This document shows positions 19,948-30,089 of a DNA stretch of 64,000 nucleotides, in pieces. The stretch is from positions 2,080,001 to 2,144,000 of the forward strand of contig OZ244937.1 in NCBI GenBank assembly GCA_965222075.1, given 5' to 3'. The position numbers were made by a program, and so were the translations under genes. Within the stretch, counting starts at the first letter, position 1. Each line of letters begins with the position of its first letter. The DNA comes from Candidatus Latescibacterota bacterium. Lineage in GTDB: Bacteria > Latescibacterota > UBA2968 > GCA-2709665. Under the pieces are notes generated by a model. The model did no database searches. It had not been told where the DNA came from and saw only the letters and a list, made by a program, of their open reading frames with translations.

Positions 19948-22314
19948 ATGGAGCTTGCCGTCACAGACGGAATCTACTCGAAGGACAACTACGAACCGAG
20001 TCTCTGCGCCCTGTCGAACGGCCGGGCGTGCTGGATGGCGTGGGCGGCCTACGAGAGGGATGGGTCCAGGGCTTTTGTGCGACGGTTCGACGGAGAGGAT
20101 GCAGGGGAAGTGACGCCGATTTCTCCCAGCAAGAGGATGCAGACGAGGCCGATTTGTGTGCCGATGGATACGGGGGTACGGTTCGTCTGGTTCGAGAAGG
20201 AGGGGCAGACCTATTCCATCTGGAGCCGTGAACACGGGGGGGATGCGTTTACCGGGTGCGAGGAGCTGGCTGTGTTGCCGGAGTCGGCGAAGCCGTGGGA
20301 GCTGCAGGCGCTCTGCGATGAGAGCGGGACCCTTTGGGTAACCTGGGCGCAGTCCGTTAAGAATAACAGCAGCATCGAGGTTTTCGGGTTTCTACAGGGG
20401 AGTGAGCCGGTGCACTTCTCGTTGGGAAATGAGAGCCGATACAATTATCGACCCAGAATGGTTGCGTGGAAAGCAGAGGGAATCTATCTGATCTGGGACA
20501 GTTATGTGGATGAGGCGTACGACATTTACGGCTGTCCCGTGCTGCCGTCCGGCCCTTCGGAGGTGGTGAAGATCAGTTGCGATGCTGCGTGGGAGAACAA
20601 GTCGGCCATCTGCCGGGATCGGGACGGTGCGCTCTGGGCGGTGTGGGTGCGGTGGCAGGATGTGATGTATCGCCAGAGTACGATTCAGCAGAAGTTTTCG
20701 GTTCGAGGGGCACGGCTTGAGGGCGATTCGTGGGAACCTCTGTTGGGCGCGGACGGGGGATCGGACATTGCGCCGCTCCATTACGGGTTGCTGACCGATT
20801 TTCCGCGCCTGCCCAATCTGGGACATATAGGCAGGCGGCTTTTTCCGATTCTGAAGGGGGCCGAAGACGGCGGAGTCTGGCTCTTTTACGAGGTGAAGGC
20901 GGACCAGGATCACCATACGCTTCTTTCAAAAGGGCGGATGTTTGCCCATCGGTGCGTCGATGGGACCTGGTCGGGGCCTTACACTGTGAGGGAGGGTCGC
21001 GTTTTCTACGAGTTGCCCCACAATAACTCCCTCAGCACCGGGACCTTCCTGATCTCACGGGACTTCGATTCCGATGAGCTTTACCTGGAAAAAGTCGATC
21101 TGTCGGCGGATTTTCCGGTTGTCCCGGAGGAGAAGCGCAGCGTCAATTTGGAGCAATGGGAGGAGATCCGACTGCCGTTCAAGGAGCGACGAGAAACAGA
21201 CAGGGCTTCCAACGAATTGCCCGGCGAAACAAATGGAAAGTACCAACTTTTCTGGGCAGACCTGCACTGCCACTCGGCGGTGTCGATCGAGATGGAGGGA
21301 GAGCCGGACGAGCTGGGACACTTTGCGCGGGACAAGGCGCAGATCGACGCGCTGACAGTGTCTGACAACGACAATTTCTGGGACCGGTTCAGACGCAATC
21401 AGGTACGCCATCTGAAGGATTACGAGTGGGACTACGTGAAGGGCAACGCCCTTCTGCTCAATGAGCCGGGGCGGTTTGCGATGTTTCCAGGCTACGAGAT
21501 GGGGACTGGTGGCGACAACAGCAAACCGGGCGCGAAGTGGAAGCACAACCACCGCTCGGTGATGTCGGACGACGACGAGATGGAGATGGATCTGCTCAAC
21601 TTCAAGTACATAGACGCCTATATGAGAGAAGAGCGGGAGACCCACAAGGAGATCCAGGAGTGCATTGCCTGGTGCAGGGAAAGGGAATACCTCCCGCTGC
21701 CTCATCCACACGACGGACACTGGAATCTGGTTGATACGGACGTGGAATGGGGCATCGACGTGTGCGCCGCCTGGATGATCAATATGGATCTTTTCGATAT
21801 CTACTTCAAGTATCTGGACGCAGGCCACAAATTCGCATTCACCGGCAGCGGAGACAGCCATCACCGGAACCCCGGATTGAGCGGCGCCATCACCGGAATC
21901 TGGGCCGACAGGCTGGATCGCGCCTCCCTCCTTGAAGCCATCAAGGCGCGGCGCTGCTTCGCCACTGCTGGGCAACGAATCCTCATCGAATTCACCATCA
22001 ACGACCACATGATGGGCAGCTCGCTGGTGATGGAGGAAGACCCCGTGCTCAAGTGGCGGGTCGTGGGCGAAGAAAACCAGGACTACATCCTGCGCATCCA
22101 CCGGGACGGGCGCCTGATGCACGAAGACCGGTTCGTCGGACAGACCCGGGGAGAACTGGAAGAATACCGGCTGTGCCAGTATCGTCCGGGAAAGCACTAC
22201 TACTACCTCGAAGTCCTCTCCCCCGATCCGATTCCCCAGTATCCGGCCAACGTTGCGCATGCCCTGGGCGCAAAGGGATGGAGTACCCCGATCTGGATCG
22301 AGACAACGAATTGA
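19948..22314 (+). CDS. PHP-type metallohydrolase (DUF3604/CehA-McbA-like) with beta-rich N-terminal region
   Basis: WADLHCHS, PGYE, PHPH, GSGDSHH, GAITGIWA..L.R.SLLEAIKARRCFAT, WSTPIW. Confidence 0.72.
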   Translation: MELAVTDGIYSKDNYEPSLCALSNGRACWMAWAAYERDGSRAFVRRFDGEDAGEVTPISPSKRMQTRPICVPMDTGVRFVWFEKEGQTYSIWSREHGGDAFTGCEELAVLPESAKPWELQALCDESGTLWVTWAQSVKNNSSIEVFGFLQGSEPVHFSLGNESRYNYRPRMVAWKAEGIYLIWDSYVDEAYDIYGCPVLPSGPSEVVKISCDAAWENKSAICRDRDGALWAVWVRWQDVMYRQSTIQQKFSVRGARLEGDSWEPLLGADGGSDIAPLHYGLLTDFPRLPNLGHIGRRLFPILKGAEDGGVWLFYEVKADQDHHTLLSKGRMFAHRCVDGTWSGPYTVREGRVFYELPHNNSLSTGTFLISRDFDSDELYLEKVDLSADFPVVPEEKRSVNLEQWEEIRLPFKERRETDRASNELPGETNGKYQLFWADLHCHSAVSIEMEGEPDELGHFARDKAQIDALTVSDNDNFWDRFRRNQVRHLKDYEWDYVKGNALLLNEPGRFAMFPGYEMGTGGDNSKPGAKWKHNHRSVMSDDDEMEMDLLNFKYIDAYMREERETHKEIQECIAWCREREYLPLPHPHDGHWNLVDTDVEWGIDVCAAWMINMDLFDIYFKYLDAGHKFAFTGSGDSHHRNPGLSGAITGIWADRLDRASLLEAIKARRCFATAGQRILIEFTINDHMMGSSLVMEEDPVLKWRVVGEENQDYILRIHRDGRLMHEDRFVGQTRGELEEYRLCQYRPGKHYYYLEVLSPDPIPQYPANVAHALGAKGWSTPIWIETTN

Positions 22315-22333
22315 CCCCAGACTTACCCCGATT

Positions 22334-22426
22334 GAGTTCCGAGTTCCACCTCACCTCCACACCACCCCTGTTCCGAGTTCCGAGTTAAAACCTGAAGCAT
22401 CGGGAGAAGCGTGGAACTCGGAACTT
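22334..22426. repeat. Heptamer (GTTCCGA)n repeats forming an inverted repeat
   Basis: AGTTCCGAGTTCCAC (22335-22349) is the reverse complement of GTGGAACTCGGAACT (22411-22425); a further GTTCCGAGTTCCGAGTT at 22370-22386. Confidence 0.7.
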
Positions 22427-22484
22427 CTGTAAACCAATATCAGGCGAAAGGGAATAGCAAACAGGGAGTCCGGAGGATATCGCT

Positions 22485-23843
22485 ATGAGTGCTGAATTCC
22501 AGGCGGGAGCCGCAACGGCCAATATTACCCCCTGCCTGGGGACTTCGATCCCGGGGAGTTTTCAGCCCCGGTTTGCGGAGGACGTGCACGACGAGCTGCT
22601 GGCAAAAGCTCTGGTGATTGACAACGGTGACACGCGTCTGGCGATGGTGACGTGCGACCTGGTGGTTGTGACGCAAAAGATGGTGGATGCGGCCAAGGCG
22701 CGGATTGCAGAGCGGTGTGAGATCCCGCCCGAGCATGTGATGGTGAACGCGACGCATACGCACACCGGCCCGGGGGTGGTAGACCTAGTGATTATCGAGG
22801 AGGATCGGGAGTATACCGCGTGGGCGCCGTTGAAGATTGCGGACGCAGTGGAGCTGGCGGTGCAACGGCTGCGCCCGGCGCGGATCGGCTTTGCCAGCGT
22901 GGAAGAGGGCCGGATCGCGTTTCACCGGAGGTGGCATATGAAAGACGGCACGGTCCGGATGAATCCGGGGGCCAACAATCCGGATCTGGTCCGGCCGGCT
23001 GGACCGATCGATCCGGAGCTTGCGATGATATACGTGGAGGGAACGGACGGGACGCCGATTTCGGCAGTGGCCAATTTTTCACTCCATTACGTGGGTACAG
23101 ACAACCGGCAGGCGATTTCGGCGGACTATTTCGGTCACTTCTTCCGGCTGATGCGGCATTACCTGGGGGCCAATTGTGTGCCGATGCTGTGGAATGCGGC
23201 TTCGGGACAGATCAACAATATCGATTACAGCGGGCGCACGGCGTGGAAAGACCGGGGCCATCGGCAGGCGGTGAGGATGGCGAACGTGCTGGCGGGGCAC
23301 ATGATTACGGAGATCCAGTTGATGGAGATGCACGAGACGCTGGAACTGGCGGGAATGGTGGACACATTTGAGTTTCCGCGCAAAGGGATTACGGCAGGCG
23401 ATCTGGAGGTGGCGGAGAAGGTGCTTGCCGTGCCCGAGGGGACGTATGAGGATTACGAGACCGGTCCGTTTAGCTGGGTGGTGGGCCAGCCGATCCCCAA
23501 GAACCTATTGCACGCCTACGCCCTCCAGTGCCGGCACATGGCTGACCTGCCGGAAAAAATGACCGCGCCCGTACAGGTCTTGAAGCTGGGGAAGGCGGCG
23601 ATCGTGGCCCTGCCGGGTGAGGTGTTCGTCGAGACTGGACTCAGCATCAAATCCCAGGCATCCGCCGCGCCGCTGTTCCTGGTAAGCCTGGCCAACGGGT
23701 ATATCGGATATATCTGTACGGACACGGCGCTTACGGAACAAGGAGGGTATGAGACGTGGGCGGGGACATGGTCCCTGGGGGGCGTGGAAACGGAGCCGGC
23801 GATGGAAAATACGGCGCTTTCTCTTTTAGGTGAACTGGAGTAG
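22485..23843 (+). CDS. Neutral/alkaline ceramidase-like amidohydrolase
   Basis: AGAATANITP, VHDELLAKALV, ATHTHTGP, ISADY, LPGEVFVE, ANGYIGY, GGYET. Confidence 0.8.
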   Translation: MSAEFQAGAATANITPCLGTSIPGSFQPRFAEDVHDELLAKALVIDNGDTRLAMVTCDLVVVTQKMVDAAKARIAERCEIPPEHVMVNATHTHTGPGVVDLVIIEEDREYTAWAPLKIADAVELAVQRLRPARIGFASVEEGRIAFHRRWHMKDGTVRMNPGANNPDLVRPAGPIDPELAMIYVEGTDGTPISAVANFSLHYVGTDNRQAISADYFGHFFRLMRHYLGANCVPMLWNAASGQINNIDYSGRTAWKDRGHRQAVRMANVLAGHMITEIQLMEMHETLELAGMVDTFEFPRKGITAGDLEVAEKVLAVPEGTYEDYETGPFSWVVGQPIPKNLLHAYALQCRHMADLPEKMTAPVQVLKLGKAAIVALPGEVFVETGLSIKSQASAAPLFLVSLANGYIGYICTDTALTEQGGYETWAGTWSLGGVETEPAMENTALSLLGELE

Positions 23844-23916
23844 AAAGTAATGGTACTCGGCAGAAATTCCTGACCGGTTGCACACTCTTTTGAACCATAG
23901 AGATCACGGAGACCAC

Positions 23917-24870
23917 AGCGCGGCCGTTGGCCGCAACCAAAGTGGAAATCGGTAGGCATCGTTCCGATATTAGGCGTGTACTGACACATACAACGCCACG
24001 ATATGGAGGATGCCTACCATGGAACAGTTTACGTCAAAGCATGCCCAAGGTGTTATTGGTTTGTTGAGTGGTTGGGATCGGATCGTGTTTCGTGGAACCT
24101 ATCGTATTCTTAGCGTTACGAAGGGGATGATGGAGTATCTGTGGCGCACAAGCGTCCGGCTGTGTGATTTCACTGAGCATGCCAAGGCCATGACGGCTAC
24201 GCTCCTTGAGGCTTCGCTTGCTCAGGCAGAAAGGGAAGGGCGTCCCATCCAGTATCTTCCCTCCAGTGCGACAGACAAGGAAGCGGAGGCACGGAAGATC
24301 CTGGAAGAGCATCCGGTGGATCGAGGGCTGGTCGGTCTCTTGACCTGCGTTGAGCCGTGCTTGACCTTCGAGGTCCATCGCAACCGGGCAGCGAAGAAGC
24401 TAGAACTGCGCGCGAAATGGGGGAAGTGTCTCCATCTGTATCACTACTACTTGGATCCATGCTTCGGTTTGATGAACGCCCGCATCGAGACCACCATCAA
24501 CCAGTCTCGTGAGTTCAAGGTATACCGCACCTCTGAGAGGAATCCAGGAGGCGATAAGAAGTGGCTCCCGATGCGCAAGGGAATCGCGGATTTACACCGA
24601 CGTGCCCAGGTCTCCCAAAAGGCAAACGAACGATATCTGGATGCCCTTGCCCAGTTGGACTCCACAGTACGGCTGGAAGAACTACTTGCTCCTGTATCTC
24701 GGCCCACCAGGCGCAACGGCAAGACCGTCCGTGCCCTGCGCCTATGGACCGCCGAAGACCAGGCCCTGCTGGAGGCCATCAACCGACCTGAGTTCCTCCT
24801 GGCTGGCTTCCGCAATCGCGATCTAGCGCAGATCCTTTACCCCGGCGCTCAAACCAACCCATTGATCTGA
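23917..24870 (+). mobile_element. Degraded transposase-like element of an uncharacterised family, internally deleted and 3' truncated
   Basis: ORF 24010-24870 with LSGWDRIVFRGT, KCLHLYHYYLDP.FGLM, RIETTIN, MRKGIADL, ANERYLDALA, GFRNRDL, recalled from a mobile ~500 aa family. Hairpin GCGGCC-GTT-GGCCGC-AACCAAA upstream at 23920-23941. Confidence 0.55.
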
Positions 24871-25322
24871 TCGTACTTGAAATCTGATGGTTTTAGACCC
24901 ATGATGGGTTTTCATACCGTGTGCCGGCGCGAGAATCCCGAACTTGGACTCGCCAGATCCATTTACAAGCAATGCCACCTGACTTTGAGAGTTACACTGT
25001 TCAGTGTAGAAGGTTCTCAAAAACCGCGCCAAATCAGGCTTTTCGATTTTCCTTTATAAAGACTACAGAGAGCAATTTGGTGGGCGACGGCTAAGATGCC
25101 GGCAGATTCACTGCCCTGAGCCCAAGAGTAAAATTCAGCCTAACGATTTGTTTATAAGAACTTTGTATGAGTTTTTTCGAAATGCTCATTCAACGCTAGG
25201 AGTGGCCGGATAGCCTTCAAAATCTTTCTAAACACACAGATCAGAGTGGGCATAAGTCGATATTAGACAACTGGATATGCTATAAAAACTTTCTGTTCGC
25301 TAACTCTTGAACTTGGGATGCC

Positions 25323-27341
25323 ATGTCACCCTTTCGCGATCCTGCCACTTTGGGCCGGTCAGTTGTTTCCTCTGAGGATCGACCTTTTAGAGGAGTCACC
25401 CTTCGTGCCATCGGTGTGGGACTGCTGGTCGCTGTCGCGGCGGCTCTGTGGTCCATCCATTCCGAGACGATTGCCCGGACCTCCCGTCTCAATCTCACGC
25501 AATTTCCCCTCTCCCTGGCCGCGGTCTTTTTCGTCCTGGTCCTGGTGCTGAATCCCGCCCTTGCCCTCCTTCGCCGCGGGTGGGAGCTCACTCGATCCGA
25601 GTTACTCGTCGCCCTGGGGATGGGCCTGGTCGCTGCCACCATCCCCACCGCCGGACTGACCAGCCTTCTCCTTGGCATGCTGGCCATTCCCTTCTACCAC
25701 GCCACTCCGGAAAACCAGTGGGATCTCTACTTCCTCGGTCACATCCCGGAATGGCTTGCTCCCCGCGACACTGGCCTTGCGCTCACCCACCTCTTCGAGG
25801 GGCTCCCTCACGGGGCCTCCATCCCCTGGGGGGTATGGCTCCTCCCCCTCTTCTGGTGGGGGTCTTTGATCGCCGCCGTCGCGGCCTTCTGCTTTGGCGT
25901 TGCGGTCATCCTTCGCCGACCGTGGGTCGAAGAGCAGCGTCTCGCCTATCCGCTGCTCACGCCCACGGTCACATTAACCGAGGGCCTTACGCCCGGCTCT
26001 TTCTGGTCTGACACAGTCCGGTCCCGCCTGTTCTGGGGGGGCTTCGCCATCGCCTTCGCGATCGGTACCTGGAACTACTTCTCCTTTGCCTTTCCCACAG
26101 TTCCCCGCCTCCCCAGCTTCCTGTTGGGCCGGTGGTTCCCCCTGGGCCGATACGCCCCCCCGCTTTGGACCAAGCTCAACCTCTACACGGTCGGCTTCGG
26201 CTACTTTGTCGACCTGGACATCCTCCTGGGCTTCCTGGTATTCAACGCATTCTTCACCGCGGAGATCGCCCTTTTCCGCCGTGTGGGGTACCAGATCGGA
26301 AGGGATGTGGGGGTTTTCGGCTACCTGTGGAAGCGGGGCGGCTGGGGTAACCCGGAGACAGCCTGGCAGTGCTTTGGCGCCCTGACCTTCCTGGTGCTGT
26401 GGGGCTTCTATGTAGCACGGAGGCACCTGGCCGGCGTGCTGCGCAAGGCCCTCGACACCAGTCACCCTGTTGATGATGCCGGGGAGATGCTCTCCTATCG
26501 CGCTGCCGTGGGCTGTAGCATTGCAGGGCTGGCCTACACGCTTTTCTGGTTGCACGCTGCCGGTCTGGAGCTCCGCGTGCTCCTGCCTTTCCTCTTTGCC
26601 CTTCTGATCGTTTACGTCGGCCTGGCACGTTTTGTGGCAGAAGGCGGCATCCTCTACGCCTACAGCCCTATGAGCCCTCAGGAATTCGCGGTGCGGCTTA
26701 ACGGCACTGCGTCTGTCTCGGGCTCAAGCATGACGCTCCTCACCTTCGCTTTCGTACTCCGGGGCAACGGTCCAGGGTTACTCCTCCCGTCCCTGACCCA
26801 AATCGTACGTCTGGGTGATCTGGTGAAGGAGCCGGGACGAAGGTTCGTCGGGGCAACGATTCTGGCTCTATTTGTGGCCTTCCTGACTTCGGTATCCACC
26901 ACGCTCTATTTCGGGTACACAGAGGGAGCTGCTAACCATTGGGATCTGGTCTTCAAGAATTACCCAACCAGGTTCTTCAACCGGGCCCTGAGCCACATCC
27001 GGAATCCCTCGGACATCGAATGGGCGCACTTTGCGTTTTTTGGAGTCGGCGCAGGGATTATGGCCGTCCTCACTTATCTCCGCTTCCGGTTCCCCTGGTG
27101 GCCCCTTCACCCTATTGGTTTTCCGGTTGCGGGTACCGATTGCCGGAGCTCGATCGTCAGTCTGTTCCTGATTTGGGGAATCAAATCGATTGTCCTGCGG
27201 GTTGGTGGGGCACGGTTTTACCGTCGGGGTGTCCCACTCTTCATCGGCATCCTTGTGGGGCACGCAGCGGCAGTCTTCCTCTACCACTGGATGGATCAGA
27301 TCTGGTTCCCTCGGGGCGGACACCACTTGCACGGATGGTAA
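25323..27341 (+). CDS. DUF6785/DUF6784-like membrane protein (paralog 2)
   Basis: ENQW, FEGLP..IPW, RRPWVEEQRLAYPL, RSRLFW, EMLSYRA, WWPLHPIGF. Confidence 0.75.
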   Translation: MSPFRDPATLGRSVVSSEDRPFRGVTLRAIGVGLLVAVAAALWSIHSETIARTSRLNLTQFPLSLAAVFFVLVLVLNPALALLRRGWELTRSELLVALGMGLVAATIPTAGLTSLLLGMLAIPFYHATPENQWDLYFLGHIPEWLAPRDTGLALTHLFEGLPHGASIPWGVWLLPLFWWGSLIAAVAAFCFGVAVILRRPWVEEQRLAYPLLTPTVTLTEGLTPGSFWSDTVRSRLFWGGFAIAFAIGTWNYFSFAFPTVPRLPSFLLGRWFPLGRYAPPLWTKLNLYTVGFGYFVDLDILLGFLVFNAFFTAEIALFRRVGYQIGRDVGVFGYLWKRGGWGNPETAWQCFGALTFLVLWGFYVARRHLAGVLRKALDTSHPVDDAGEMLSYRAAVGCSIAGLAYTLFWLHAAGLELRVLLPFLFALLIVYVGLARFVAEGGILYAYSPMSPQEFAVRLNGTASVSGSSMTLLTFAFVLRGNGPGLLLPSLTQIVRLGDLVKEPGRRFVGATILALFVAFLTSVSTTLYFGYTEGAANHWDLVFKNYPTRFFNRALSHIRNPSDIEWAHFAFFGVGAGIMAVLTYLRFRFPWWPLHPIGFPVAGTDCRSSIVSLFLIWGIKSIVLRVGGARFYRRGVPLFIGILVGHAAAVFLYHWMDQIWFPRGGHHLHGW

Positions 27342-27515
27342 AGGCGGTATGTGATCAGCGAGTGGGCTGATATCTACCTTTGCATTTTTGCATCATAGAA
27401 ACTGATCTTTCGCTCATTTCAGAAGGCAAATCCGAGATTTGACCAGCTAAGGTTATTATGGATAGTAATTTATATTTATATATAGGCCTTCAGATAATTG
27501 TTCTGAGTCATAAGG

Positions 27516-27611
27516 TGATGTTACCCCGAAAAAGTGGACAAGGAGTTAAGTCGCATGTAGCAGCTCGTAGTTGTGTGGGCTTTTATGGCCCAGGGTAGAG
27601 TGCCTCCGCTT
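27516..27611 (-). mobile_element. IS3-family remnant: OrfB C-terminus plus right inverted repeat
   Basis: Minus strand encodes KRRHSTLGHKSPHNYELLHAT*, followed by CTCCTTGTCCACTTTTTCGGGGTAACATCA-3' (IS3-like end finishing in CA). Confidence 0.75.
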
Positions 27612-27626
27612 CAGGAGGGTGTTCCC

Positions 27627-28607
27627 ATGCCAGAATCGATTCTGGAGAGGCTGAAGGAAGGCGTGGTACTGGGGGATGGAGGGTATCTGCTTGCCCTGGA
27701 GAAACGGGGCTACGTGCAGGCGGGGCCGTTCACGCCGGAGGTGACGATCGAGCACCCCAATGCTCTCCGCGCCCTGCACGAGGAGTTCCTGCACGCCGGG
27801 TCGGAAGTGCTCCAGGTGCTTACCTTTTATGCGAGTGAGAACAAGCTGGCGCAGATCGGCTATGCAGGCAAACTGGGTGAGATCAACCGCGCAGCGGTCA
27901 GGATCGCGCGGGAGGCCGCCGGGGATGAGGCCCTCGTTTCGGGCAATGTGTGCCTGACCTGGAAGTACCAGGAGGGGGACGCCGCTGCGGCCGATGAGTG
28001 CCGCCGCTTGTTCGACGCGCAGATCGGGTATCAGATGGAGGTGGGGGTCGATTTCTTTGTCGGCGAGACGTTTCTGTGGGTGGGGGAGGCCCTGATCGCC
28101 CTGGAGCGTATCCAGAAGACGGGTCTTCCAAGTATGGTGACGCTGGCTTTTGAAGGTCCAAAGACGCGAGACGGCAACACGCCGGGAGAAGCGGCCAGGA
28201 TGCTTGAAGGCGCCGGGGCGGATATCGTGGGTGTCAGCTGCTGGCAGGACCCGACGTTTATGCTTCCCGTGGTGGAGGAGATGCGCCAGGCCGTGAGCTG
28301 CTACGTTGCCGCCCAACCGGTTGCCTACCGATGCACGCCTGAGGAGCCTTTCTTTACCCGGTCAAAGGGGTTTCCGGACAGGCTCGATCCCTACCAGATT
28401 ACCCGCTACGAGATGGGCGAGTTTGCCAAACGGGCGCTGGACCTGGGGGTGAACTACATCGGGGGCTGCTGCGGGTGCGAGGGTTCGCACATCCGCCAGA
28501 TGGCCCGGGCGGTTGGTAAGATGCCGGTTGAAGAACGGGAGTGGGGGATCGACTACGAGCGACCCCAGTCGGCGACCGAGACGTATAAAGATCTGCGGGA
28601 AGGGTAA
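27627..28607 (+). CDS. Homocysteine S-methyltransferase family (BHMT-like)
   Basis: ATG 27627 after AGGAGG; LGDGGY..ALEKRGYV.AGPFTPEV, HEEFLHAGS, GVSC, YIGGCCG (Zn-binding Cys). Confidence 0.9.
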   Translation: MPESILERLKEGVVLGDGGYLLALEKRGYVQAGPFTPEVTIEHPNALRALHEEFLHAGSEVLQVLTFYASENKLAQIGYAGKLGEINRAAVRIAREAAGDEALVSGNVCLTWKYQEGDAAAADECRRLFDAQIGYQMEVGVDFFVGETFLWVGEALIALERIQKTGLPSMVTLAFEGPKTRDGNTPGEAARMLEGAGADIVGVSCWQDPTFMLPVVEEMRQAVSCYVAAQPVAYRCTPEEPFFTRSKGFPDRLDPYQITRYEMGEFAKRALDLGVNYIGGCCGCEGSHIRQMARAVGKMPVEEREWGIDYERPQSATETYKDLREG

Positions 28608-28700
28608 AGCCCCATTCGGTATGAACGGCGCAACGGTCTGGAGCGGTGCGGGGTTCGGATAGGCCGAGTTGCGGGAGCAACAGGAGCGCCAAAAAAGGGC

Positions 28701-28749
28701 TTGACAGAAGGATGGGAATGGAGATATCTTAGTTATGGTCGGACCATAA
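28701..28749 (+). promoter_or_regulatory. Orphan sigma70 promoter with GntR/FadR-type operator
   Basis: TTGACA-18nt-TATCTT followed by palindrome TTATGGTC-G-GACCATAA (28733-28749). Confidence 0.6.
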
Positions 28750-28816
28750 TACCATAAATCTCTCTATGAGTTAAGGTTCAAGTTGAAAGTATTTGTTTTG
28801 TAGAAACTTATACGCA

Positions 28817-28928
28817 ATGTGTGACTTCTTTTCGTAACTCCTTGATTTTCAACAGCACCGATTTCTTCCCAAATAAGGCATTGGAAATAACCTGTTGAAA
28901 ATATAGTGGTTTAAAAAAAGTCACACAT
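28817..28928. mobile_element. MITE-like AT-rich element at duplication breakpoint
   Basis: Terminal inverted repeats ATGTGTGACTTCTTTT / AAAAAAAGTCACACAT (15 of 16 match); internal IR ATTTTCAACAG / CTGTTGAAAAT. Confidence 0.55.
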
Positions 28929-29894
28929 GACGTAAGGGATATAATTGCTCAACGCCGCATCGGGATGGGAATAGTAAACATCGTACAGAATCGCATCCTG
29001 TACCGAATAGAGAAACAGGTCCGCTTCAACCACGCTTCGAGCATCCCCACCCGCTGCCAGCCGGTCCAGCGCCTCCCACACCGGCGCGTTCACCACAAAA
29101 TCGTAGCCCTGGGCCAGGTCGCCCACGTGCCGGATGCCCGTGTGGTACTTATCGTACCAGATACCGGCGTACACCGGATATTCCCTAACCGGCCGCAGCC
29201 GATCACCTTCCGCAATCCCCGGGCGGCCCCGGTGCGTCTTCGGCCAGTGTGGAACCGCACACCCAAAATCATACAGAATCGCCGCCGCACGCGCCGCATA
29301 CTGCTCATCTCCCGTTATCCGATACAGCATCCCCAGCGTCTTCGCCGCCTCGATCAGATAATACACCCGCAGCGAATCCATATACTCTCCATACAGGTAG
29401 ATCCGCTTCCCGTCGGGCGCGTCGTGATAAGGATATTCCTGTGTATCCCCCCTGGGGCCGGTAATCTCAATCGTCCCGGTCCGCGGATAAAGCGCAAACG
29501 GATCCACCGTGTGTCCTCTGGGGCACCAGATCCGGTCCGGATCGTCCGGGCGCCACACCAGCCTGGCCTCGTCTCCGGTGGGACACATCGCGATTCGTGT
29601 GGTCGGCATCACCCGGCTGTTTCCGGCAATACGATTTCGCAGCGGCGCCATGCCGATGAGCTCCTCCGGAGCCACCTTCAAATACGGCTCGGCCTTCACC
29701 TTGAGGTCTTCAATCTCCTCATCCGTCAGCGCCTCGGCCAGATCTGTTAGTTGCGGGTTGCCGCGCATATCCGGCATCTGCACACGCGGGACCGGTTTCA
29801 GCCTGTCCACCCACTGCTCGGTCGGATAGAACCCGCCGTAGTATTCCCGCAACGCTGCGTCCGTCTCAGCCTCAAACTTGCCAAACTTGGACAT
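28911..29894 (-). pseudogene. 3'-truncated copy of heparinase-like paralog A
   Basis: Near-identical to the N-terminal third of 2508-5456. Similarity ends after ALSNYIPY at 28932, then reads VMCDFF* into the MITE-like element. Confidence 0.9.
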
Positions 29895-30089
29895 AAGGTT
29901 TATCCCCCCGTAAGCGCAAGGGTTGTACTTTGCTCGTAAGCATAATCCCCCGGACCGGGGGTTGTCAAGCGCAATCGGCTCCCTCTGCTTCGGCAGGGAC
30001 CTGCACATTCGCTGGATTTTTCAAAAGAGGAAGAGTATATTGGTTTTCGGATATGGATCTGGTAATGTACGGTTCTGGAGGTACTGACC

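Noticed and set aside
24867-25317. AT-rich region with weak inverted repeats (CTGAGCCCAAGAGTA vs TAACTCTTGAACTTGG) and a 60-aa ORF
   Set aside because: Only about 10 of 15 bases match and there is no recognisable protein; possibly IS debris but unsupported.
27546-28316. 256-aa minus-strand ORF as a transposase
   Set aside because: Only the last ~21 residues are IS3-like; the rest is antisense to the methyltransferase.
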